From the NCBI RefSeq assembly GCF_006345805.1, contig NC_043000.1, positions 20,274,001 to 20,338,000 of the forward strand: a stretch of DNA of 64,000 nt, in the 5' to 3' direction. This DNA is from Octopus sinensis. Lineage: Eukaryota. Positions within the stretch are counted from its first letter, which is position 1. Every line of letters starts with the position of its first letter. Below the pieces are notes generated by a model. That model did not search any database. It was not told where the DNA came from and was given only the letters and a program-made list of their open reading frames with translations. Position numbers and translations under genes: made by a program. Positions 1 through 11,262 of the stretch are shown here, one piece after another.

Positions 1-245
1 CATATCCTACGCAAAATACTCTCTATGTAATCTCAAGGTTTCAAACAAACATAATTTTCGGTTTAAAAAAAAACAAAACAAAAACCTTATATTTTTAGGC
101 ATTCATTAGTACAACATCCCCACCCCCCAAATATATGGCACACTAGGCATAACAACAACATGAACTTCCAACCCTGTTGTCTCTTGAGGTCTCTGGTTGA
201 GACCTGGAGCCAACTTGTACAAATATAAAGCAAAAGTCAAACATA
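1..245 (+). mobile_element. 3' end (last codons and 3' UTR) of R4/Dong-like retrotransposon, family C
   Basis: HILRKILSM* followed by the same 3' UTR seen at 14593-14880, 34882 (-), 38142 (-) and 55946; ends in (TAA)n. Confidence 0.85.
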
Positions 246-264
246 GAAAAATAATAATAATAAT

Positions 265-1090
265 AAAAAGGATGCAACACACCAGAGTGCAATTTGGCCT
301 CGATAAATGTGCAAAAGCTACCTCTATCAAAGGAAAACTGACAGAAACATCCAACGTTAATCTTGACCAGCAGAATGTCATAAAGGAGTTAGAACAGCGG
401 AGAGCTACAAATACCTAAGGGTATTTGAAGGTGATGGAATCAAACATTCAATGATGAGGGGAAAGGATCAGAAAAGAATGTTATCGCAGGGCAAGGACAA
501 TATTCAAGACAGAGCTGAATGCAAGAAACAGGATCGAAGCGATCGATACTTTAGTCATACCGGTCGTGACTTACAGTTTCAATATCATTAAAACTGGTCA
601 ATTACTGAAATATGTAATCTTGACAGAAAAATACGAAAACTGTTGACAATGCATAGACTGCACTACCCTAAGGCAGATATAGAACGACTTTACCTCGAGA
701 AAAGAGGATGTCCGCGGACTTTTACAACTGGAATTAACAACTGCTGCCTTAGATATTCTTACTGATAAATGGCAAGAAAAACCTCTCAATGGCAAATACC
801 CAAAGAGAGCTATTAATGCCGATTTTGACAAGGCCCTTACTCATCAATGGTTTGTGTCTTCTGGCTTAAAATCAAAGATAGAAGTGTTTATCATAGCAGC
901 CCAAGATCAATACCTGCATACAAGGAGCTCCCAGGCCAACATATTAAAGAACGGCAATAGCCCATGTCGTGTATATAAACAACAAAACGAGACCATTGAT
1001 CATGTTGCCTCTATGTGCAGTCTTCTTGCGCCTACAGAGTATCTTAACAGGCATGCTAGAGCGGCGCAGTATATTCATTGGGTAATTTGC
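265..1090 (+). mobile_element. Degenerate, internally deleted R4/Dong-like RT fragment, family C
   Basis: QFGLDKCAKAT, YKYLG, MHRLHYPKADIERLY, GLKSKIEVFIIAAQDQ and CRVY..NETIDHVASMC..HARAAQYIHW motifs across frameshifts; homologous to 34882-36381. Confidence 0.85.
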
Positions 1091-1099
1091 AAAAACTTG

Positions 1100-1546
1100 G
1101 GATTTTAACATACAGTGCGACCAAGTTATAAGGCGAGATTGCCAGATATCGTGATCAGCCAAAAAGATGAAAACGAAGTAAAGATAATAGATGTTGCAAT
1201 ACCAGACGATTCGAGGGAAACAGAAAAGAGTGAGAAATATCAACCACTGCGAGACGAAATAGGAAAGTTATGAGGCATGAGGAAAGTAATGGTGATACCG
1301 GTGGTAATTGAAGCATTATGAACAGTTTCCAAGAGCTTTGATAAAACATATTAAGAATATTAGAGCTGCTGTCAGGCTCGAAGTGATCCAGAGGACAGCA
1401 TTGTTGGGTACAGCTCGCATTCTAAGGAGAGTATTGTCTCTTTGAGTCACGGGAGAAGGCACTACTTGAAACCTTTGGTGATTAGTTATTGCCTGCTTTC
1501 AAGTGAAGAACAACCGGTAATTAAGAACTACTCGAGAGTCTTTCAG
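1100..1546 (+). mobile_element. R4/Dong-like RLE domain and 3' UTR, family D
   Basis: ARLPDIVI..KIIDVAIPDD..EKYQPL..VIPVVI..QRTALLGTARILRRVLSL*, then a distinct 3' UTR ending in (TAA)n. Confidence 0.8.
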
Positions 1547-1580
1547 AATAAAAATAATAATAATATTAATAATAATAATA

Positions 1581-4490
1581 GTAATAAAAAGAAAACAAAA
1601 ATACTCTGCAAATACAACATCACAGAAAAAGATTTACCTGAGATGAAAGAAAAGCTAAAGCAAGATATTCTTGCCAAAGCACAAAGGATCCGCCGGTACG
1701 AGAAACGCCAACGTTTCATTGAACAAAACAAAAAGTTCAACTCCAACCCCAAAAAGTTCTACCAAGAACTTGGCAAAAAATAGAATAGAAATCACTGCAG
1801 CACCAACGGCAGAAGAAGTGGAAGAATGCTGGAGAGAAATATGGCTGGCGAACGAACAACCAGAAAAAAGGAGTATTAAAACAACAAACTCAGGATCTGA
1901 GCAACTTTGGACCCCCATAACAACTGAAGAGGTCACCCAGGCACTGCAAAACTAAGCAATTGGAAGGCTCCTGGACGTGACAAGATCCCCAACTTCTGGT
2001 TGAAATATCTAACAGGAATGCACAAAAAGCTGGCTGAAAACTTTAATAACATACTAGCAGAGCCAGAGACAATGCCTGAATGGCTCACGAAGGGGAAAAC
2101 CATCTTAATTCCCATATCAAATGAAACAGAAAAACCAGAAAAATACAGACCAATAACCTGCCTCCCTACTATGTTCAAGGCATTTACTGCAGTGATATCA
2201 CAAAGGCTGAACAAGCACCTGGACGAAAACAACCTGTTTCCAAAAGAGCAGAAAGGATGACGCAAAGGCTTATATGGCTGTATAGATCAACTAATGATCA
2301 ATAAAGCCATAACTAAAGACAGCCACAGAAAGAAGAAAGGCCTCAGTATGACCTGGATCGACTACAAAGAGGCGTTTGATAGCATCCCCGCACGTGGATC
2401 CTCGAAACACTAGCCATTAACAAAGTAGCACCAAGAATTATAAAATGCATAGGACACTCTATAAATAAATGGCAAACAGTGCTACACCTCCAAACAAAAG
2501 AGGGACTCATGAAAACCAAAGACATCCCCATTAGAAGAGGAATATTCCAGGGAGACACGCTCTCTCCACTCCTTTTCTGCTTGGCACTGTCACCTCTATC
2601 TGAAATGCTAAATAGAACTGGATGCGGATATAAATGTTACAGCAAAACGATCAGCCACCTTTTATATATGGATGACCTAAAACTATACGCTGCAAATGAC
2701 AAACAGCTGGAAACACTATTAAAGATAGTTCATGGATTTACCAAAGAAATAGATATGAAATTTGGATTAGAAAAATGCGCCAAAGTAACCCTGAAAAGAG
2801 GAAAACTAGTTAAGAGTAGCAACATCACACTAGATAAAACCAATGAAGAATTAGACCAAAGCCAAACATACAAATACTTAGGAGTCCATGAACTAGATAA
2901 GACACAACACACACAAATGAAAGAGAAAATAAGAAAAGAATATTATAGACGAGTTAGATCAATACTAAAAACAGAGCTCAATGCTAAAAACAAGATAATA
3001 GGTATTAACACTTTAGCCGTCCCAGTTATAAGTTACAGCTACAATATTCTTAACTGGACACTAAATGAACTGACCAAAATAGATAGGAAAACAAGAAAAA
3101 TAATGACAGGATCTAGGATGCATCACCCAAAATCTGACATAGAAAGACTATATATACAACGTATAGAAGGTGGTAGAAGCCTTATACAGCTGGAAAACTA
3201 CTATAAAATAACCACCATAGGATTGCAATAATATCTACTTCAGAAGGAAGGAAAACTTATACAAATAGCGGTAAAATACGAGCAAAATAAAAAACTGTTC
3301 TCAGTATTTAAGGAAGCTGACAAATACAAACAAGAAATCATACCACCTAATAAATATGAAGAAGAAGAAGAAGAAGAAGAAGAAGAAGAAGAAGAAGAAG
3401 AAGAAGAAGAAGAAGAAGAAGAAGAAGAAGAAGAAGAAGAAGAAAAGAAGAAGAAGAAGAAGAAGAAGAAGAAGAAGAAGAAGAAGAAGAAGAAGAAGAA
3501 GAAGAAGAAGAAGAAGAAGAAGAAGAAGAAGAAGAAGAAGATGATGATGAAGAAACAACAAAAGCTATAAAACAAATGAAATCCAAACTAAAACTAGAAC
3601 AGCAAAGAATCATGATAAAACGATGGCAAGAAAAGCCCCTTCATGGTAATTACTGGACTAAACTAAACGCAAAAGAAATAGACAAAGAAAAATCCCAGCA
3701 ATGGTTGAGAAGCTCAGGACTCAAAGCAGAGACAGAGGGATTTTTAATTGCGGCACAAGACCAAAGCCTCCCCACTAGAAATTACCAAAAACATGTAATG
3801 AAGAGAAATATTACAAGTAACTGCAGACTATGTGGAGATGGACAAGAAACAATAAATCATATTATCTCTGGCTGCCCAGTCCTGGTTAAGAAGGAATATA
3901 TTCACAGACATGACAGAGTTGGGACCTACATACACTGGAAGCTATGCCAACATTATGTAATAACAACAGAAAAAAGATGGTATAGGCACACACCAGAAAA
4001 GGTCACAGAAAACGAGAAAGCAACCATACTCTAGGATATGCTGATACACGCAGATAGAGAAATTAGGGCCAACAGACCAGATATAGTTGTCAGAGATCAT
4101 GAAGAAAAAAATGCTTTCTAATTGATGTATCAATACCAGCAGATGACAACGTGTCTCTAAAAGAAAAGGAGAAACTTTCAAAATACAAATCCTGGAAATA
4201 GACGTAACCAGAATGTGGAATCTAAAATCAGAAACAATTCCTGTCATAGAAGGTGCATTAGGCATGATAAAAAAATATTCAGACAAATACATAACAAAAA
4301 TACTAGGACTAACAAACACATATAACATACAGAAAATTGCACTACTAGGCACTGCACACATCCTACGCAGAACACTTTCCATACAATAACCATCAGAGCA
4401 TCACAACAAATCACAGCACATACCCAAGGCACACAGAGCTGCGCTCAGTAGTGAAGTGAAAGCACGTTATAAAAATAAAACTACTGAATA
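1581..4490 (+). mobile_element. R4/Dong-like retrotransposon, family A, 5'-truncated pseudogenised copy
   Basis: RT (IFQGDTLSPLLF, YMDDLKLY), CRLC/HIISGC/RHD finger and RLE (RPDIV) with several stops and frameshifts; 3' UTR ends ...ctactg, then (TAA)n. Confidence 0.95.
3358..3540 (+). repeat. (GAA)n expansion, about 60 units, inside the family A ORF
   Basis: Direct reading; the homologous site has 4-5 GAA at about 13846 and 57731. Confidence 0.95.
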
Positions 4491-4492
4491 CA

Positions 4493-4594
<102 letters not shown>

Positions 4595-4954
4595 GATGAT
4601 GATGATGATGATAATAATAATAATAAAAATATTAATAATAATATGAAATTTGAACGAGGGCAATCAGCGTTCCCACGGTAATGGAATGACATCATCAGTC
4701 TTCAGTTTTCAAATTTACAGACAAGGTATGCGATAAGGAAGAAAGAAAAGTCGAGAGATGTGACAGGTTATATTGAGAGGTTAAGCAGGTGTGGTCGCTG
4801 AAAAAAATGTGTTAGTAGTACCAATAATTGTTGGAGCCCGGAGAACAGTGAGTAAAAATCTTGAGAACAAATAGGGCTTTCAATAAGGGTGTCACCCAGT
4901 ATTCTCAGTAACAGAATGGGGAGACAAATGATGCGGAATATGCAACAACGACAA

Positions 4955-5314
4955 TAATTACAAATACCTAGAATGTGGTCCCCACTTAAAATTCAAAAAT
5001 GGCCCTCTCTTTAAGATCAATACAAATATGACCTGCAAAACGCAAAACTTCATATATTGCATTACTTGCCCAAACTGCAAGGAAAACTATATTGTCGAAA
5101 CGAACAACTCCCTCTGCCAACGCGCCAGAATGCATAGACAACATATAAAACAGGAATAGTTACGCAAGATACCATGAAGCAAACACCTAGAAGTATGCGG
5201 GAATGGAAAATGTTTAATTATTCCATTCTACAAATGCTCACGGAATGACCCAGAGTACCGTAACGCTATGGAACTGCATTTTATAGAAAAATTTAGCCCA
5301 AAATTGAGCGGTTA
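4955..5314 (+). mobile_element. Penelope-like GIY-YIG endonuclease fragment (pseudogene)
   Basis: Translates as FKINTNMTCKTQNFIYCITCPNCKENYIVET..QRARMHRQHI..KHLEVC..AMELHFIEKFSPKL, with two stops. Confidence 0.8.
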
Positions 5315-5479
5315 AGAAAAGTAAAAGTAGTAAAAAATCAAACAATGATGATGATAAAGAAAAAAATATGATCTGTTAAAATATGTGATACTCGCAAAAA
5401 ATGAAAAAAACTCTTTCTATATCTTTATATACAAATGAAAGAATTTTCTCTTTTCTTTTTTTATATATACAATTATACA

Positions 5480-5776
5480 TCTTAAAATTCTGGCTATGTA
5501 TGTATGTGGTTATACAAGCTTATATGCATATATGGACGTATATATGTGCAGATAAATTTGTATGTTTATATATATATGTTGATATATGTGATCGTATATA
5601 TGTATGTATGCAAGTATATGTATGTGTATGCGTGTATGTATGGGTGTATATGTGGATAAACATGTGTATGTGCATGTATGTATATATGTGTGTGTGTACA
5701 TGTATATGTACATGTGTGTGTGTACATGTATGTATGTGTGTACATGTATATATGTATATGTATGTGTGTGTATATA

Positions 5777-5809
<33 letters not shown>

Positions 5810-6070
5810 ATGTGCATATATTGACATGTGTTTATGTATGTATAGGTATATCAAACATTGAATGGTCAACCACCTGTTCTTTTAGAAACCCAAGGTAGTG
5901 CAAGTAAAAAATGAACACAATATTTTCTTTATTTTTATATTTTATCTTTTCCCTTTCTTTCTTTCTCATTTTCAAGAACACACAGTATATGTATGTATGA
6001 ATGTTTATGAAAATATACACACACAATAGGTTCCTCCATATACATATATATATATATATATATACATGTA
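5480..6070. repeat. Degenerate (TG/TA)n microsatellite tracts
   Basis: Direct reading. Confidence 0.9.
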
Positions 6071-6471
6071 TATACTTTTTTTAATCCGAGGGGTGGCAAT
6101 GCGAGCAGCTACTACAAGAACAATAAAAAATCGACAGAAAGATCAAAAACATACATATATTCATTTATATCTACAGAACAGATATAAAGCCCGACGTTTA
6201 AAAATTTAGTAATATATAAATATATAAACATCATATAAAAATATATAAAAATATAAAAGAATCAATGTTGCATATATAATACCTTGAATTTACGCTTAAA
6301 CTCGTAAAACATTTGGTATAAATGAAGAGGGAAAGAGAATAGGGGTGAAAAAATGTAGGAGTGAAGAGAAGTAGGAGTCGGGGAGGAGGTTAGATGAAGA
6401 GGGGAGGAGATATATATATATATATATTTATATATCTTCCAGTGCCTTCGAATTATAAAGTATACATTTAT

Positions 6472-7690
6472 AGGACATAGGAATTTGGTGGGAAAACAAT
6501 GAGGGGTTATTTTCGAGAACCGTTCTCCACTCGGGGGTGTTTCGGAACAAGTCGTCCAAATCTCAGAAAACTGCACCTACTAGACTGGTTTTTTTAAAAT
6601 GTTTTTTTGTTTTGTGACCGGGTGCGACCGTGATCCTTTTACTATTTCATTATAACGCATGCAGAAACAGACAAAACAAACGTTCATTGTCACTATCAAA
6701 CTGCGGAGTGAGGGGAATTTTGAGTAGGAGCTTTTCATGAAAGATTGGAATTTGTGTTTATTTTTTCCGTATTCTTAATCTCCATATTTTCCCACGTAGA
6801 TTGATTGCAAAAAAAATTCGAAAACTGGTTTTTAAAAAAACTCTAATTTCACGTGAATTGTTTTGTCATATTACTGCGTGAAATTACTCTGAAAAAAAAT
6901 CTTTGCAGAAAGGTGAGTAGATTGATGACATATATTTTTCATTATGGTATCGCAGTTTTGTGAGATTTGGCTGTTATTTCTAGCATGTGGATAGCCTGCT
7001 TGAAGACAAAGGCAGGAAAATTGAAATTTTAAAGTTGCGCTTTTTGAAAAATTTTTCGCAGAATCAAAAAATCGGATCCGTTCCAAAAAATCAGTATATA
7101 TCCGTTTTCTCGAAAGTTATGACGGAAAAATCGGATCTCATAAATTTTCCGAAAGTCCTGCCCCACCCCGGTTCGTTTGCGCAAATGTTTTTTGTCATAT
7201 TCGTTTTCTACACAGTTGTTAACACTCAGTAGGCTGAGGGTTTTTTTGTTGTTTTTGTTAACGGGTGAAGATCTTTATATTAACTCAGATTTCTGCACCC
7301 CATCCCGACTTTGGATGATCATAACTTTCAGAAAAATGGGTATTTTTAAATGAAATTTCCTACGAACATGTGTTATATCATATAGATTCCGACTATATAA
7401 AACTTAGGGAGGAAAGTGTTTTAGGAGGGGATGAGTGAGAAATTTTGGAAAATTCACCGGAGTCCACTTCAATTTGTCTTAACTTTCAAGGATATTGATA
7501 TTTTCTAATGAAATTCTTTACAAATATACCTCGGACTATGTAGATTCCGAGGACATAGGAATCACAACGTAACAGCAGACGAAATACCGCAAAGCTTTTC
7601 GCAAGGCGTGCTAACGTTTCTGCCAGCTCGCCGCCCTAATTTTTGAGAACCGTTCTCCACTCGGGGGTGTTTCGGAACAAGTCGTCCATA
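6472..7690. mobile_element. Probable non-autonomous DNA or rolling-circle transposon unit bounded by an identical 44-bp direct repeat
   Basis: GAGAACCGTTCTCCACTCGGGGGTGTTTCGGAACAAGTCGTCCA at 6515-6558 and 7645-7688; aggacataggaat at 6472 and 7550; no ORF; class not assignable. Confidence 0.4.
7565..7636 (-). mobile_element. 5' head fragment of tRNA-derived SINE family S2
   Basis: Reverse complement of ggcggcgagctggcagaaacgttagcacgcc..., as at 28690-28923. Confidence 0.8.
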
Positions 7691-7899
7691 TTTGTTTCAT
7701 TTTCTTTGTTTTGTTCGTTTGTGCATACGTAGATTTCTGCTGAAGCAACAAACGGGCAAAGAAGGCAAGTGAAGCCCTCACCAGAAAACTCGTTACGCTA
7801 AATATAACAGCTAAATGACTGGTACACAGCAATATGTTATTAAGACGACTTGTATACCATGTTTTTTTTAAAACTTTGAGTTCCCAGGGAAACGTTTCT

Positions 7900-8317
7900 A
7901 ATACACACACACACACACATATATATATGTATATATATATACGAAAGAAAGTTTGAAAATGCAATTTAAAAGATGTTTATTTACTTAACCGGTTTCACTC
8001 TTTGCACACGCATGCATTATATATATGTATGTTATGTAGTGTGTGAGTGTTGTGTGGGTTGTGTGTGTGTGCGTTGTGTGTGTGCGCGTGTGTGTGTGTG
8101 TGTGTGTGCATTGGGTGTGTGTATGTATTTATATGTGTATATGTTTTATATATATGTATATATGTGTGTGTTGTGTGTGTGTATGCATTGTATATGTGTA
8201 TATGTGAGTACATTGTTTGTGTGTGTGTGTGGTCTGTAGATATATATGTGTGTGTACGCTATATGTATGTATTTTGTGTGTGTGTGTGTGCATTATATAT
8301 ATGTATGTGTATATGTG

Positions 8318-8358
<41 letters not shown>

Positions 8359-8930
8359 ATATATATGTGCATTTTATGCATGTGCATTGTGTATATGTAT
8401 ATTATATGTATGTGCGTTGTATATGTATGTGTATGTGTGCATTGTATATATGTATATTGTATGTGTGTTATATATGCATGAATACATGTATATACATGGC
8501 ATGTATATATATGTATGCATTGTGTATGTGTATTATATATATGCTGTGTATGTGTATTGTACGTATATATGTGTTAGGTGTATTTGTGTTGTATTTATAT
8601 TATGTATGTATGTGTGCGTGTGTTGTGTTGTGTGTGTGTGTGTGTTGTGTGTGTGTGTTATATGTGTGTATATTATATATAAATATATGTTATATTTGTG
8701 TGTTGTGTGTGTGTATTATATGTGTGTGCTTTCTGTATGTGTGTGTTCTGTATGTGTGTGTGTTGTGTGTGTGTGTGTTGTGTGCTTGTATATTATGTGT
8801 GTGTGTGTGTTGTGTGTGTGGGGGGGTCAGATATGTGTGTGTGTGTGTGTGGTGTGTGTGTGTGTGTATGATGTGTGTGTGTGTGTGTGTGTATATATGT
8901 ATATGTAGTGTGTGTGTATGGCCCGCACAC
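7900..8930. repeat. About 1-kb degenerate (TG/TA)n microsatellite
   Basis: Direct reading. Confidence 0.95.
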
Positions 8931-8994
8931 ACGCGTAGACGCGCATAAATATTACACTCCATAGAATCCATTACTAATCAGCCCCATCACAGCT

Positions 8995-9205
8995 ATACTT
9001 ACACCCAATCATATTCTCCCTTCTCTGTTTTTTCTTCTTCTTCTTCTTCCACTTCTTCTTCATCATCATCATTATCATCATCATCGTCGTCATCATCATC
9101 ACCACCATCATCACCACCATCTTCTCCTTCTCCTTCTTCTTCTTCTTCTTCTTCTTCATCATCATCATCATCAACATCGTCATCTTCTTCTACTTCTCCA
9201 CCTTC
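8995..9205. repeat. (TCA/TCT/TCC)n trinucleotide tract
   Basis: Direct reading. Confidence 0.9.
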
Positions 9206-9674
9206 CACCCCTTAACCTTGTCACTAATCTCTTTCAGTATAACGCCAACGCAAATTCCATAAACAATTCCTGAATTGAACTGCGACTACTGTCAGCCACT
9301 GACCATTCAAAATACGACCATTAAGGCATTCCCAGATTTCCCCACCCCCTCTCCACATCAGACTCATTATTCTTCACCTATCCTACCAAGAACTCAAAAC
9401 GACCTCGAACACACAAGTGCAAACAAGGGAGTCAGAGAAAGGCAGAATGCTACTTATATCTGAACACTACTACAGAAATATTCTTTTAAAAAAACCTTTC
9501 TTCTAATTTTTCTAAATTTAATTATTTAATCGTTACAGTTGAAAAGGTCTCAAAATGACCGAAACCGGTACTGAAAGATTCACTATAAAAACATCTTAGC
9601 ATTTTCTATTTTTGACTTGTTTTTTCATATATATCAACTCGTGTGTTCCTTTCCACCCTTATACATACATATAT

Positions 9675-9756
<82 letters not shown>

Positions 9757-9869
9757 TATATATATATATATATGTATATTATATTAAATTAGAGATAAAA
9801 CCACTATTAGGCAAATCAAACAGTGAAAATCATAAACCAATACATAGAAATAAAATTAATTAATAGAAA

Positions 9870-10260
9870 ATATATTCCATTCTCAGCAGTCACTGCCCAT
9901 GTTTCACTGCCATGTAGCATAGCTGTTCGCACACAGGCGTCATACAGTCTACCTTTTACTCTGAGCGAGAGGCCCTTTGTCACCAGCAGAAGTAGGAGCT
10001 CCCTGGACTTTGCCCAGGCTATTCTTATTCTAGCAGCTACACTCTCAGAGCACCTACATCCGCTACTGACTTGTGCCAACATTAAGTGTGCCAATTCTGA
10101 GGGTATGGAAGACGTGGGCCCGCGAGACCCTGGGATGGAGAACAGTGGCGTCATGTATCTGAAAAGAAACTCGCATTTGGCAGAACTCATAAACATACAA
10201 TAGCCTTCAACCTGTATATACTTCACCAGTTTATGCGCTACACAATCACTACATTGCATA
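9870..10260 (-). mobile_element. RTE-clade LINE RT fragment
   Basis: ARIRIAWAKSRELLLLLVTKGLSLRVKGRLYDACVRTAMLHGSETWAV, same family as 26228-26752. Confidence 0.85.
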
Positions 10261-10820
10261 GAAAATAAACCCTAAGTAGGGATAGGGAAACATTAAGTCT
10301 TTCAAGGTGTTCACGGATGAGCGTAGGGATCTTAAGTTTTTTCTTCTCTAAACATACGGTATGGAAGACGAAACTGTGTTTACATAGAAAGGTAATGAAA
10401 TGAAATAATAAAGTAATAATAACTTGCGCTGTAAAAGGAGTTTTAGACGTGTGCTAGGTTGGGAGACGAAGTTGCTTACCTAAACATCTGATTTCTACTA
10501 CATGTGGCAAGGTATTAAAATATGAGGTAGGGGAATCTGAAAGAGCTAGTTTATATAGGGTGGGTGGAGCGGAGGTAAAGTGTTGGGAAAAGTGGTTAAC
10601 AAAACTGAGAGACAGAAAGAGTGAGTGAGAGAGAGAGAGAGACCAGATTTAGGCTGGTCGAAGACAGAACGCGAGGAGACGGAATTTTCGGGAATTAGGG
10701 TAACGTAATTAAACGAATGGGTTTAACATTGTCGCCGCGGGTGTGAACGAATAGTAATAATAATAATGAGATAGAATTGGGCACCGCGAAACAGCAAAAA
10801 CTCAGGCTGCCGGTCTGAAA

Positions 10821-10887
<67 letters not shown>

Positions 10888-10888
<1 letters not shown>

Positions 10889-11186
10889 TAGGAATGATAA
10901 AAAAAAGGTGCTGAAACCTATTTGAAAATGATTCCAGACTTACCATCCCTACAGGAAGTGCAAAAAATCGTATTAACTGGAACGGCTCATGTACTGAGAA
11001 GAGCATTATCGCTGTGAAAACAACATCCATCCATAAATTTATTTATTTATTAATTTTTAAATACATATTTTATCTGTGAATTTGCGTGTGTAATCTGGGA
11101 ATGCATACAATGAGCTTCTCTGCCCTAGGTGTATGGAAAACACTCGGCGAGGAACGGAACAAAATTTGAAGAAAGAAGGAAAAAAC
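10888..11186 (+). mobile_element. 3' end of R4/Dong-like element, family E (relative of B)
   Basis: GMIKKGAETYLKMIPDLPSLQEVQKIVLTGTAHVLRRALSL*, then 3' UTR; (TAA)n on both sides; second copy at 17104. Confidence 0.85.
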
Positions 11187-11212
11187 ATAATAATAATAAT
11201 AATTAATTCTTT

Positions 11213-11260
<48 letters not shown>

Positions 11261-11262
<2 letters not shown>

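Noticed and set aside
4655-4705. Hammerhead on the - strand (CUGAUGA at about 4690-4696)
   Set aside because: The downstream GAAAC is reduced to GAAC and stems I and III are not convincing; at most a decayed remnant.
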